64,000 nucleotides of DNA from Pseudomonadota bacterium (GCA_043809315.1 JAZDDX010000011.1:50498-114497), one strand, 5' to 3'. Positions 36,248 to 45,502 are shown, counted from the first letter of the stretch. Notes: generated by a model from the letters alone, not told the origin. Numbers and translations are program-made.

Positions 36248-37173
36248 ACAAAACGGCATTCTTGTTTCCCGGACAGGGATCGCAACAGGTTGGAATGGGT
36301 CTCGATCTTCTCGATCGGTATCCGACTGCAAAGAGTACGTTCGCAGAAGCCGATTCGGCCCTGGGGGAGTCGCTGACGGATCTGATCCGAAACGGACCGG
36401 AGGAGAGATTGAAGGAAACGGCGAACGCGCAGCCGGCGATCTTAACGGTCAGTGTGGCGGTCGGGCGGATCCTCGCGGAGGCTGGAAAATGGCCGGACGT
36501 GATGGCGGGGCACAGTCTGGGGGAATACTCGGCGCTGGTCTTGTCGGGGGCGATGGCATTCGCCGACGCGGTCCGGATCGTGCGCCTGCGCGGGAAGTAT
36601 ATGCAGGAAGCGGTTCCTCTCGGAAAGGGGACGATGGCAGCGGTCCTGGGGATGGAAGACGCCCTGGTCGAGGAGGTTTGTCACGAGGTGAACTGTAAGG
36701 GGTTCTTGGTGGAGCCGGCGAACTATAACTGCCCCGGGCAGCTTGTGATCAGCGGGACGGTGGAAGGGGTGAATGCCGCCTCGGAGCTGCTGAAAGCGAA
36801 GGGGTGCCGGAAGTGTATCCCCCTTCAAGTGAGTGCGCCGTTTCATTCGTCACTTCTGAAACCGGCAGGGGAGAGATTAGCGGTCGATCTCCGAAAGATC
36901 ACGTTTGCCGATCCGAAGACCCCATACGTGGCCAATGTCGACGCGTCCGTTGTCCGGTCGAAAGAAGGGATCGTGGATCGTTTGGTCGCGCAGATCTCGA
37001 AACCGGTCCGCTGGACGCAGTCGCTTCAGAGGATCGTTTCGGAGTTCGCTCCCACTCAGGCGGTCGAAGTCGGACCGGGAAAGGTCGTCTCGGGGCATTG
37101 GAAGAAAGTGGCCCCTACGGTCCCCTGCCAGACGACCGAATCGGCCGAAATTTTGGCGACGTTCCTTCGCTAG
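36244..37173 (+). CDS. fabD: Malonyl-CoA:ACP transacylase
   Basis: FPGQGSQ, GHSLGEY, VSAPFHS. Confidence 0.97.
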   Translation: MNKTAFLFPGQGSQQVGMGLDLLDRYPTAKSTFAEADSALGESLTDLIRNGPEERLKETANAQPAILTVSVAVGRILAEAGKWPDVMAGHSLGEYSALVLSGAMAFADAVRIVRLRGKYMQEAVPLGKGTMAAVLGMEDALVEEVCHEVNCKGFLVEPANYNCPGQLVISGTVEGVNAASELLKAKGCRKCIPLQVSAPFHSSLLKPAGERLAVDLRKITFADPKTPYVANVDASVVRSKEGIVDRLVAQISKPVRWTQSLQRIVSEFAPTQAVEVGPGKVVSGHWKKVAPTVPCQTTESAEILATFLR

Positions 37174-37184
37174 TCGCGCCGATC

Positions 37185-38513
37185 GTGCCGAAAAAAGTCC
37201 ATATCGCGACGTACGGTTGCCAGATGAACGACTACGAGTCGGATCGGGCGTACCGGATGCTGGCGGAGGATGGGGCGTACCATCGGACCGACGATCCCGC
37301 CGAAGCCGATCTGTTTCTCTTCAACACCTGCAGCGTTCGCGAAAAAGCGGATCAAAAAGCGCTTTCCGAGATCGGAACCTTGCGTGCCCTCAAGGCGGAA
37401 CGTCCCGAGATGCTGATCGCCGTCGGCGGCTGTCTTTCGCAAAGCATGGGAGCCGAGATTCAGGAGCGATTCCCGTTCGTCGACATCGTCTTCGGCACGC
37501 ACCAGTGGGGAAAACTTTCGGAGATGATCCGGCGGGCGGGGGAAGAACGAACCAAGCTTCTCGAGATCGATCTGTACGGCTGCAAGAACTACACTTTTCT
37601 CCCGTACCGCCATGTCAAAGCACCTCACCCCGTCGCGGAACTCGTCACCGTTCAGAACGGGTGCGACAAGTTTTGCACCTTCTGCCTCGTTCCGTTCACG
37701 CGCGGCCGGCAGGTCAGTCGTCCTCACGGTGACGTGATCGCCGAGATCGGGCACCTTACAGACCAAGGGGTCCGCGAAGTGACCCTGCTCGGCCAGAACG
37801 TCAACGCCTACGGCGAGGACCGTTCCGGGGAGATCCGCTTCGGCGATCTCCTGCGCGAGGTTTGCCGGATCCCGGCGCTCGACCGAGTCCGTTTCGTCAC
37901 CTCCCACCCCTCGAACCTTTCGACGGAGCTGATCGACCGGATGGCCGGTGAGGAAAAAGTCTGCAAACACCTGCACCTTCCGGTCCAGAGCGGGTCCGAT
38001 CCGGTGTTGGAACGGATGAAACGGGAGTACACCGTGGACCAGTACCGGCACCTTGCAGAAGAGCTGCGTTCGAAGATCCCCGGGATCTCGATCACGACCG
38101 ACTTCATTGTGGGGTTTCCGGGTGAAACCGACGCCGACTTCGAACGGACTCTCGCGCTTTTGCGGGAGGTGGAGTTCGAGGACAGCTTTTCATTCAAATA
38201 TTCCCCCCGCGCGCACACCAAGGCCGCCGGATGGGAAGCCGATTTCATTCCAACTCCCACCGCCGATGAGCGATTGGCTAGACTTCAGACCCTCCAAACT
38301 CAGATCCGAAGGAACAAACAGGAAGATCTTCTCGGGCAACAGGCCGCCATCCTAATCGAGGGCTCTGCCAAAAAAGGCTCAGGGATGCTCACGGGACGCA
38401 CGAGTCAGAACCGCTGGGTGAACTTCCCGGGACCATCGGATTGGATCGGCACGCGGAAGGTGGTTCGGATCACGGAGTCGCTTTCGAACAGCTTTCGAGG
38501 TATAGCGCTCTAA
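37185..38513 (+). CDS. miaB: tRNA-i6A37 methylthiotransferase
   Basis: TYGCQMN, NTCSVREKA, CDKFCTFC radical SAM motif, C-terminal TRAM; start trimmed to GTG 37185. Confidence 0.93.
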   Translation: MPKKVHIATYGCQMNDYESDRAYRMLAEDGAYHRTDDPAEADLFLFNTCSVREKADQKALSEIGTLRALKAERPEMLIAVGGCLSQSMGAEIQERFPFVDIVFGTHQWGKLSEMIRRAGEERTKLLEIDLYGCKNYTFLPYRHVKAPHPVAELVTVQNGCDKFCTFCLVPFTRGRQVSRPHGDVIAEIGHLTDQGVREVTLLGQNVNAYGEDRSGEIRFGDLLREVCRIPALDRVRFVTSHPSNLSTELIDRMAGEEKVCKHLHLPVQSGSDPVLERMKREYTVDQYRHLAEELRSKIPGISITTDFIVGFPGETDADFERTLALLREVEFEDSFSFKYSPRAHTKAAGWEADFIPTPTADERLARLQTLQTQIRRNKQEDLLGQQAAILIEGSAKKGSGMLTGRTSQNRWVNFPGPSDWIGTRKVVRITESLSNSFRGIAL

Positions 38514-38525
38514 GAAGGAAAACGG

Positions 38526-39029
38526 ATGCCGATCCCAATGACGGTTGCTTCGCTGGCGATCGACCCGAACACGAAAGCACCGTTCGTCGTGTTGCGGGAC
38601 GCGGAGCAGAAATTTGTCCTTCCCATTTGGATCGGGATGTTCGAGGCGAGCGCCATCGCCACGGAGATCGATAAGATCTCCCTTCCGCGGCCGATGACCC
38701 ACGACCTGATGAAAGAACTTCTCTCCGTTCTGGGGGGGGAGCTCAAGCGGATCGAGATCACCGACCTTCGAGAGAACACGTACATCGCGGCTTTGATCGT
38801 CCGAACCGCTGCCGATCGGGAGATCGTGGTCGATTCGCGCCCCAGTGATGCGATTGCCTTGGCGCTTCGGACCCGTTCGCCGATCTGGGTGCACGAGCCG
38901 GTTCTTGAAAAATCCCAAGCGGTCCGAACCACGCCGGCGCAGACGCCTACCGTGGCAAACGAGCAGAACAAGTGGGAAGAAGTTCTCGAAAACCTCCCCT
39001 CCGAGGCGTTCGGGAAATACAAAATGTAG
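38526..39029 (+). CDS. Bifunctional nuclease family protein (DUF151)
   Basis: LPIWIG..EA, RPMTHDL, DSRPSDAIALALR. Confidence 0.93.
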   Translation: MPIPMTVASLAIDPNTKAPFVVLRDAEQKFVLPIWIGMFEASAIATEIDKISLPRPMTHDLMKELLSVLGGELKRIEITDLRENTYIAALIVRTAADREIVVDSRPSDAIALALRTRSPIWVHEPVLEKSQAVRTTPAQTPTVANEQNKWEEVLENLPSEAFGKYKM

Positions 39030-39035
39030 GACGTC

Positions 39036-39542
39036 ATGCCCGTTCTCCCCCTCCCAGGAAAGAAGCCGCGAATCGATCCGACCGCCCTGGTCCTCGAGCC
39101 GTCGGTGGTGGTGGGGGATGTCGAGATCGGAGCTCAGTCCAGTGTCTGGTTCGGGAGTGTGATTCGCGGCGATGTCCACTCGATCCGGATCGGGAAGCGG
39201 ACGAACATCCAGGATCTCTCCATGGTCCATGTGACATCGGGAACCGGTCCGTGCACGATCGGGGACGATGTGACCGTGGGGCACAACGCCGTGATTCATG
39301 CCTGTACGATCGGAGACCGGATTCTCATCGGAATGGGGGCGATCATCCTCGACAACGCCGTGATCGGCAGTGACTCCCTGATCGGCGCCGGCTCGCTCGT
39401 TCCGTCCCGGATGGAAATCCCGTCCGGGGTTTTGGTGATGGGATCGCCCGCGCGGATCAAACGAGAACTGACGGAAGCGGAGAAAGCGAGCCTGCTCGAG
39501 TCGGCTCAACATTACGTCGCCTATCAGGAGATGTACCGCTGA
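39036..39542 (+). CDS. Gamma carbonic anhydrase family (YrdA-like) hexapeptide-repeat protein
   Basis: IRGDVHSIRIG..TNIQD...H, VGHNAVIHAC. Confidence 0.93.
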   Translation: MPVLPLPGKKPRIDPTALVLEPSVVVGDVEIGAQSSVWFGSVIRGDVHSIRIGKRTNIQDLSMVHVTSGTGPCTIGDDVTVGHNAVIHACTIGDRILIGMGAIILDNAVIGSDSLIGAGSLVPSRMEIPSGVLVMGSPARIKRELTEAEKASLLESAQHYVAYQEMYR

Positions 39543-40000
39543 TGGCGAAGATCCGAACGCTACGTCAGTGCTCTCTCTGTCACGCGATGAGCTTCCGGGA
39601 CCTTGCGATCCTGGCGCCGTTTGTCCGGGAGGAATCGATCAAAGCCCGGGAGTGGCTGGCTCGGGAAGGGAAGCCGACCAATGGCCTGATCGTTCTAAAG
39701 ACCGGCCGGGTCAGAATCGGGCTCACCGAGCGGGCCGGATCGGAACTGGAAATCGGACCGGGGGAGTATCTTGGAGAACTCTCCCTGGTCCGGGCGGATG
39801 CCCCACGGGGAGTGGGGGCCCTTGCCCTGGAAGACTGCGAATACCTCCGTCTTGGGACTGCGGATTTCCGGGAGCTGATGACCCAGGCGCCTTCGGTGGC
39901 GGGGCGCCTAGCGCAGGGGGTGCTCGAGGCGCTGACGGAGAAGATGGGGCTTGCACGCGACCTCATCGCGAAGTCCCACTTGGAAAAATCGCCGGACTGA
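39542..40000 (+). CDS. Stand-alone cyclic nucleotide-binding domain protein
   Basis: GPGEYLGELSL...PR phosphate-binding cassette; no HTH domain. Confidence 0.85.
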   Translation: MAKIRTLRQCSLCHAMSFRDLAILAPFVREESIKAREWLAREGKPTNGLIVLKTGRVRIGLTERAGSELEIGPGEYLGELSLVRADAPRGVGALALEDCEYLRLGTADFRELMTQAPSVAGRLAQGVLEALTEKMGLARDLIAKSHLEKSPD

Positions 40001-40015
40001 GCTAGAACCCGACGC

Positions 40016-41083
40016 ATGCCGAAAAAGATTGTTCACGTCGTGGGGACCGGAACGATTGGTGAGCCGTTGATCGGTCTCTTGGCCGATCTCCGCGAACCGC
40101 TCGGGATCGACGAGGTCACGTTCTCGAAAAAACAGGCGCTTTTGACCGATCGCTCCAAGGTCGCGAGCCTCATCCGTCGCGGGGCCAAACTCTGCGCAGA
40201 CGAAGGGTCGATGAAGGAATTTCAGAAGATCGGTCTCGAACCGACCTTTAAGTTCGAAGAAGCTCTGGACCGCGCGTCCGTGATTCTGGACTGCACTCCC
40301 GTCGGGAACGACAACAAGCTGAAGCACTACGAGAAGCGGATCGGCTCCACGCTCGGCTTTATCGCCCAGGGGAGCGAGTTCGGTTTCGGGAAGATGTACG
40401 CACGAGGGATCAACGACGAGGCGCTGAGCCCAGGAAAGGACAGGTTCGTCCAGGTTGTCAGCTGCAATACCCATAACCTTTCGGTTCTGGTGAAGACGAT
40501 CGCGATGGCGAACGGAAAGGAACCGGACGGCCTCGAATCGGCCCGCTTCGTCTGCATCCGCCGCGCAAGCGACATCAGCCAGGACGCCGACTTCGTGCCG
40601 GCCCATCAGGCGAATCGCCACAGAGAAGGGAGGTTCGGGACCCACCACGCGCGGGATGCTCACCAGCTGTTCAAGACGGTCAACCTCGATCTGAATCTGT
40701 TCTCTTCCGCGCTCAAGACGAACACCCAGTACATGCACACGATCTGGTTCAATCTACGCCTCAAGAACCGGATCTCGAAAGAGGAGGTTGTGGAGCGTTT
40801 ACGGGCGAACGACCGGGTAGCTTTGACGCACAAAAACTCGGCCAACGCAGTCTTTTCGTTCGGGCGGGATCACGGACATTTCGGCCGGATCTTGAATCAA
40901 ACCGTCGTGGTTGAGGGTACGATCGACGTGGTGGGAGAACGGGAGGTCGTGGGGTGGTGTTTCACCCCCCAGGATGGGAATTCCCTCCTCTCCTCGGTCT
41001 CGGCGACCGAGTTTTTCCTCAATCCGACAGATTACGAGAAGCGAATCCAGTGCCTAAAAACCTTTTTCTTTTCAGAGGTTTAG
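40016..41083 (+). CDS. Type II (archaeal-like) glyceraldehyde-3-phosphate dehydrogenase-like protein
   Basis: Rossmann VVGTGTIG, DCTP, QG.E, catalytic VVSCNT, RRASD, THHA.D. Confidence 0.7.
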   Translation: MPKKIVHVVGTGTIGEPLIGLLADLREPLGIDEVTFSKKQALLTDRSKVASLIRRGAKLCADEGSMKEFQKIGLEPTFKFEEALDRASVILDCTPVGNDNKLKHYEKRIGSTLGFIAQGSEFGFGKMYARGINDEALSPGKDRFVQVVSCNTHNLSVLVKTIAMANGKEPDGLESARFVCIRRASDISQDADFVPAHQANRHREGRFGTHHARDAHQLFKTVNLDLNLFSSALKTNTQYMHTIWFNLRLKNRISKEEVVERLRANDRVALTHKNSANAVFSFGRDHGHFGRILNQTVVVEGTIDVVGEREVVGWCFTPQDGNSLLSSVSATEFFLNPTDYEKRIQCLKTFFFSEV

Positions 41084-41093
41084 CTCTAACTCG

Positions 41094-41122
41094 TTGACTT
41101 CTCGTCAGATTTTCGATATAAG
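41094..41122 (+). promoter_or_regulatory. Putative sigma70 promoter
   Basis: TTGACT (41094-41099), 17 bp, TATAAG (41117-41122). Confidence 0.6.
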
Positions 41123-41165
41123 ACACCCACTTTCCAGCGGAAATGCAGGGGAGAAGGGGAATCAT

Positions 41166-41342
41166 ATGGAACAGATGGAAATCCGAGAATACTCGATGGA
41201 TCAGAAGTATCAAATCGGGGAAGTCATCGAGCACCCGTTCTTTGGTCGCGGCCAGGTGATTGCGAACCTCAAGAAGGGGAAGATCGAGGTCAATTTCGAT
41301 AAACTCGGCGTGCGAACGCTGGTTTCGAATTACCGCGCATAA
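41166..41342 (+). CDS. Small Tudor/SH3-like protein
   Basis: 58 aa; YQIGEVIEHPFFGRGQV...IEVNFDKLGVRTL; purine-rich RBS upstream. Confidence 0.7.
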   Translation: MEQMEIREYSMDQKYQIGEVIEHPFFGRGQVIANLKKGKIEVNFDKLGVRTLVSNYRA

Positions 41343-41368
41343 GTAGCTAACCAACTAAAATCATATGG

Positions 41369-41397
41369 TTGACGCCTCCGGGTGAAACCCCTAGGCT
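41369..41397 (+). promoter_or_regulatory. Putative sigma70 promoter for a leaderless transcript
   Basis: TTGACG (41369-41374), 17 bp, TAGGCT (41392-41397); ATG begins 7 nt after the -10. Confidence 0.55.
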
Positions 41398-41404
41398 GCC
41401 GTTC

Positions 41405-41596
41405 ATGTATTCCACCCCATTGCAGACGGTAAAAACCAAGTTTGGTTCGAAGGAGAAGCTTGTCGAGAAGCTCTCGGGCAAGCTCAAGAAGCGAGAAGGG
41501 GAATCGGATTCCGCCTTGAAGAAAAGGCTCTTAAAGGTGAGTTCGAACAAATTACTTCACCTTCACGTTCGCATCGATCCGGAAAAGACGAAGTGA
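41405..41596 (+). CDS. Small basic hypothetical protein
   Basis: 63 aa Lys-rich ORF; its stop overlaps the pyrE start (GTGA). Confidence 0.65.
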   Translation: MYSTPLQTVKTKFGSKEKLVEKLSGKLKKREGESDSALKKRLLKVSSNKLLHLHVRIDPEKTK

Positions 41597-42222
41597 CCCA
41601 GGGGTCAGCTCGACGGATTGCCCGAATTCTTCTGAACCGGGGGGCGGTAGAACTTCGCCCGTCGCAGCCGTTTCGGTTTGCTTCCGGGATCTTGTCCCCC
41701 ATCTACTGCGATAACCGTCTTCTTCTCTCCGATGTCGAAGGGCGAGGGGAGATCGTTCGGGGGCTTACGGAACTCTTCCAGGCGGAGGGGGTGCAGCAGG
41801 TGGCCGGAGTCGCCACCGCCGGGATCGCATGGGGTGGGTGGGTCGCCGATCGGTTGAACCTACCGTTTCTCTACGTCCGAAATGCCCCAAAGGATCACGG
41901 AAAGAAGAATCTGATCGAGGGAAAGGTCGATCCGACCCTTCGGACCGGAATTGTTGAGGACCTTGTCAGTACGGGCGGGTCGGTCCTGACCGCGGCAAGG
42001 GAGTTGAAGAAGTTGAAGGTTCCCCTCGTCGGGGCATTCGCGATCTTTTCGTACGGATTCGACGAGGCGACGAAGGGATTTTCTGATCTTGGAGTTTCGA
42101 TCCACGCACTGGTCGGGTTGGATGATCTTCTTGCCGAGGCAGAGGAACAGGGAAGAATCACCACGGCTCAAGCTCGGAAAGTGTGCGAGTGGCGCGCCAA
42201 TCCCCGGACTATTTCCTGCTGA
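41593..42222 (+). CDS. pyrE: Orotate phosphoribosyltransferase
   Basis: FASGILSPIYCDNR, VEDLVSTGGS PRPP motif. Confidence 0.96.
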   Translation: MTQGSARRIARILLNRGAVELRPSQPFRFASGILSPIYCDNRLLLSDVEGRGEIVRGLTELFQAEGVQQVAGVATAGIAWGGWVADRLNLPFLYVRNAPKDHGKKNLIEGKVDPTLRTGIVEDLVSTGGSVLTAARELKKLKVPLVGAFAIFSYGFDEATKGFSDLGVSIHALVGLDDLLAEAEEQGRITTAQARKVCEWRANPRTISC

Positions 42223-44404
42223 GCGCCGTCGCGCGCTCGGAAGTGATCCACCCGATTTCGGCGGCGGTCTGCGCCCCGACCTTCACTTGGGCCAACTCCT
42301 GGAACGGGCGGTACCGTTCGGACGACTCGGGAATCCCGCGGCTCATGATTTCGCCGAACCGTTGCGGAAAGAGCGGGTCGAGCTTCGGCTCGACAAAACC
42401 GTCCGGGTAGGGCGGTAATCCCCGCTCGTCGAATTTGTCCCGAGCGCCCAGGGCATGCGCGATCTCATGCGCCAGCCGGACGCGCGACTCCCCGGCCTCC
42501 CGGTACGACAGGGGGATGTAAACGATCCCCTGTCTCTGCGGTCGATTCTCCATCGACTCGAGGGGGTACTTCGGCGATTCCTCAAACGTCTTCGGATAGA
42601 GAAGGACGAACACGTGCGCGACGGTCGTTCCCGCCAGATTCCGGGCAAGACCGAGATGGGCAGCCAGTTCGTCGAATGGCAGGTTGCGGTTGAAAAGGGA
42701 TCCGCCCCAGTGGACCGGGGGCGCCCCCGGTTTGGGATGCCCGATCGAGATCGTGAACGGGGGATCGTTCCGGTCGGTGTAGCGACGGTATTCGGAAGCA
42801 AAGAGGCGCGACACAGGTTCCTGCCAGAGGTTCATGCGGGCCATGTCGTTCATCCACGAATCGAGCGCTTGAGGATCGGCGTTGGTTCCGGCCCCCTCGA
42901 TCGCCACATCGATCTCGACGGTCCGAACGGGCAAGAGGAGCTTGGCGCCGGAGGAATCCATCCAGGACCGTCCGAAATGGAAGAGGGCGAACAGGAGAGC
43001 GACGGTTCCGATCCCGATCCCGATCTGTTTCAAGAGACGCCTCGAAATCCGGATGCTGTCGGTGATCTCGAAAAGAGGAGGAGGGGGGGGCGAAGGGGGG
43101 GAAGGCTCGATCGGTTTGAACGTCGGCGCACTGATCCCAATGTCGCTGACGGAGACCTCCTTCAGGATCATTCCAGGCGTACTGGACTTCTCGTGCGGCG
43201 GCACCGGGGGCTGTTCGGCCGGCACGGGGGCGGGATGAAACGTTCGTTTGACGAGTCTCTTGAGCAGTCCCACGCGGGCAACCTTGTCCCCGGAAGAGGG
43301 GCTCGGCGAAAGCGTCACACGGGTGACGGCGGCAGGATTCGACGGTTCGACCGGATCGGTGATCTCCGGCTTGATGGCCGAGCCGTCACCGAGAGGAACG
43401 CCCGCCAAGAGTTCGTCCGGGGCGATCGGTTCGCATCGCATCCGTTCCAACCCGTACGCACGCCGCCGTCGTTCCTTTTCGCGCTCCTCGGGGAACGTCC
43501 CCTCCATGAGCGCGCGGAGGTCTGTCCGCGCCGACCCGGAAGCCGACGGGAGCCGTTTCAGAAGATCGTCCGCGGAAGAAGGGCGCGTGTGGGGATCTTT
43601 CGAAAGGAGAACTCGGAGGATCTCTCTCAGCAGTGTGTGATCGGCCAGACGGGGGTGATCGAGATCTGGGTTCGAGGAATGGATCAGTTCCTGAAGGGCG
43701 ACCGAACTGGCGCCTTCGAAGGGGCGCTTGCCGGTCACCATCTCAAACAGAACCACTCCGAGGGCGTAAAGATCGGTCCGGCGCTCTGCAGCTCCCGAAA
43801 GCTGTTCCGGAGCCATGTATGCGAGCTTGCCGGGAGGGCGATCCCCGCCCGATCGCTCCGCGCGCTCGGCGGTCGCGATCCCGAAGTCGGCAAGCTTCAC
43901 GTCCCCGTCGTACGAAAGAAGGATGTTCTGCGGCGTGACGTCACAATGTACGAGGGCGAGAGATCGCCCGACGCTGTCGCAGGCGGTGTGAACCGATTGC
44001 AGAGCACTGGCGATCTCCCGGGTGATCGCGATGGCGAGCGGCAGGGGAAGGAACTCCCCGCGATCCGACAAACGCTTGAGCAGTTCGTCAAGTCTCTTTC
44101 CGTCGACCCACTCCATTTTGAGGAAAAAGTCGGTGCCGGAAGTCCCCAGGTCGAACACCTCAACCAGATTCGGGTGTCGCAGGAGAACGGCGATCTTCGC
44201 TTCCGCAACCAGTCTTTGTACGAAGGTCCGGCTCGTCGAATAGCGAGGAAAGAGTTTTTTGAGACAGCAGTAGCGGATCTCCGTCTCCGACACGCCGGGG
44301 GGAAACGGAGCCGCCAGGAGAACCTCGGCCATCCCCCCCTGACCCAAGTAATCGAGAAGGAAATACTCGCCGAAGCGGTGCGGCTGGAAGAGATCCCGGC
44401 TCAC
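42209..44404 (-). CDS. Hanks-type Ser/Thr kinase with TM helix and C-terminal zincin-like domain
   Basis: LGQGGMAEV, HCDVTPQN, DFG, YMAPE, DLYALG; Pro-rich linker; TM IGIGIGTVALLFALF; HEIAHALGARD. Confidence 0.88.
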   Translation of the reverse strand: MSRDLFQPHRFGEYFLLDYLGQGGMAEVLLAAPFPPGVSETEIRYCCLKKLFPRYSTSRTFVQRLVAEAKIAVLLRHPNLVEVFDLGTSGTDFFLKMEWVDGKRLDELLKRLSDRGEFLPLPLAIAITREIASALQSVHTACDSVGRSLALVHCDVTPQNILLSYDGDVKLADFGIATAERAERSGGDRPPGKLAYMAPEQLSGAAERRTDLYALGVVLFEMVTGKRPFEGASSVALQELIHSSNPDLDHPRLADHTLLREILRVLLSKDPHTRPSSADDLLKRLPSASGSARTDLRALMEGTFPEEREKERRRRAYGLERMRCEPIAPDELLAGVPLGDGSAIKPEITDPVEPSNPAAVTRVTLSPSPSSGDKVARVGLLKRLVKRTFHPAPVPAEQPPVPPHEKSSTPGMILKEVSVSDIGISAPTFKPIEPSPPSPPPPPLFEITDSIRISRRLLKQIGIGIGTVALLFALFHFGRSWMDSSGAKLLLPVRTVEIDVAIEGAGTNADPQALDSWMNDMARMNLWQEPVSRLFASEYRRYTDRNDPPFTISIGHPKPGAPPVHWGGSLFNRNLPFDELAAHLGLARNLAGTTVAHVFVLLYPKTFEESPKYPLESMENRPQRQGIVYIPLSYREAGESRVRLAHEIAHALGARDKFDERGLPPYPDGFVEPKLDPLFPQRFGEIMSRGIPESSERYRPFQELAQVKVGAQTAAEIGWITSERATALSRK

Positions 44405-45450
44405 GGTTCAACAGCGAAGAAAGGGGCGGGGTCCGTGCGCGGGAGGAGTTCCGGACGGTCGGCGGTCCCGAGAATGTCGATGGCGAACGCTCGTTCTCTC
44501 GTCGTGAGGTCGAGCTCGAGAGGGAAGTCCGAAATCGGAATCCGCCCCCGCAGAAGGTTCCGGTATTCGAGCAAAGCCTTTGCCAGACGCTTGTACGGGC
44601 TCAAGGGTGCGGTTTTCGGAAGGTGTTTTTCACGATACCAGGCGGCGTCGAACGGGAGAAGAAAACGAATCGTCCCTTGTCGGCAATTCTCATCGCAAGT
44701 GATCCGGAGCTCCCCGGGTTTATTGTAGAACGTCTGGAGTTCTCGGACGATTGCCGAATCGGATACGCGATCGCTCACAAAATTCCGATACGAAGCGGAG
44801 ACGTTCTCCGTGCGGATCTGGAGGGGAACGCCGGAGGCCCCGCTGTCCGCGGTAGATCGGCTCGTGCAACCCTCGGAGAGATCGTTCGCCTCCTTGCGCG
44901 CCTCGGACGGGTTGAGTTCGTGCCGACTTAAGAACGAGGCGACATCGGAACAGTTCCCTTTTTCCGCGAGCCGCCGTACAAAAGCGAGTTCGCTGAGCGG
45001 GGGGATGGCGTTCAGCTTCGGCGCTACGGTTACATACCAATCCGAGATCCCCGAAACGATGCTGCTCGTCGTGTCGCGCGGGACCGCCGTTTCGGCAATG
45101 AGTTCTCCCGTCTCGATCGACCGGATCGTCGCGAGAACGAACGATCCCGGTTCGCCGGTCGGGTGTGCAAGCGTGAGGAGGGCCGCGGCTCCGCGATCCG
45201 CCGCACTGACTTCGACTTTCGAGATCCCGGTGGCTCCGGTCCGCTCCACCGGCAAGATTTTGTGACCGGAGGAAGCGGCGAGGCGAGCTGCAAGATCATC
45301 GGCCGTCACGGCAAGGGTCCCGGGGGCGACCGATAGGGCCACGCGAACGGGACCTCCCGATCGTCCTGATGAAGGGGAGGAACTCGGGGAATGGGTGGAA
45401 CAGGCCAAGAGGCCGATGGCGGCGGCGGCCCACGCTCGTTGGAAGTACAT
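44401..45450 (-). CDS. Putative lipoprotein
   Basis: GGAGG RBS then MYFQRAWAAAAIGLLAC lipobox and Ser-rich tether; stop overlaps the kinase start. Confidence 0.7.
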   Translation of the reverse strand: MYFQRAWAAAAIGLLACSTHSPSSSPSSGRSGGPVRVALSVAPGTLAVTADDLAARLAASSGHKILPVERTGATGISKVEVSAADRGAAALLTLAHPTGEPGSFVLATIRSIETGELIAETAVPRDTTSSIVSGISDWYVTVAPKLNAIPPLSELAFVRRLAEKGNCSDVASFLSRHELNPSEARKEANDLSEGCTSRSTADSGASGVPLQIRTENVSASYRNFVSDRVSDSAIVRELQTFYNKPGELRITCDENCRQGTIRFLLPFDAAWYREKHLPKTAPLSPYKRLAKALLEYRNLLRGRIPISDFPLELDLTTRERAFAIDILGTADRPELLPRTDPAPFFAVEP

Positions 45451-45502
45451 AAGCGCCTCCATTGTAGGAGGTGGACCGCCGATCGGCAAAAGATACCTTT
45501 TC

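Noticed and set aside
36804-37184. Apparent long N-terminal extension of MiaB (likewise NusG, RpoC, S19, S8, NuoC, NuoK, PurN, PAP2, RelA)
   Set aside because: The ORF caller took the first possible start inside the upstream gene; conserved N-termini begin later
42455-44728. 757 aa + strand ORF
   Set aside because: Antisense to the kinase, Arg/Gly-rich, no domain signatures
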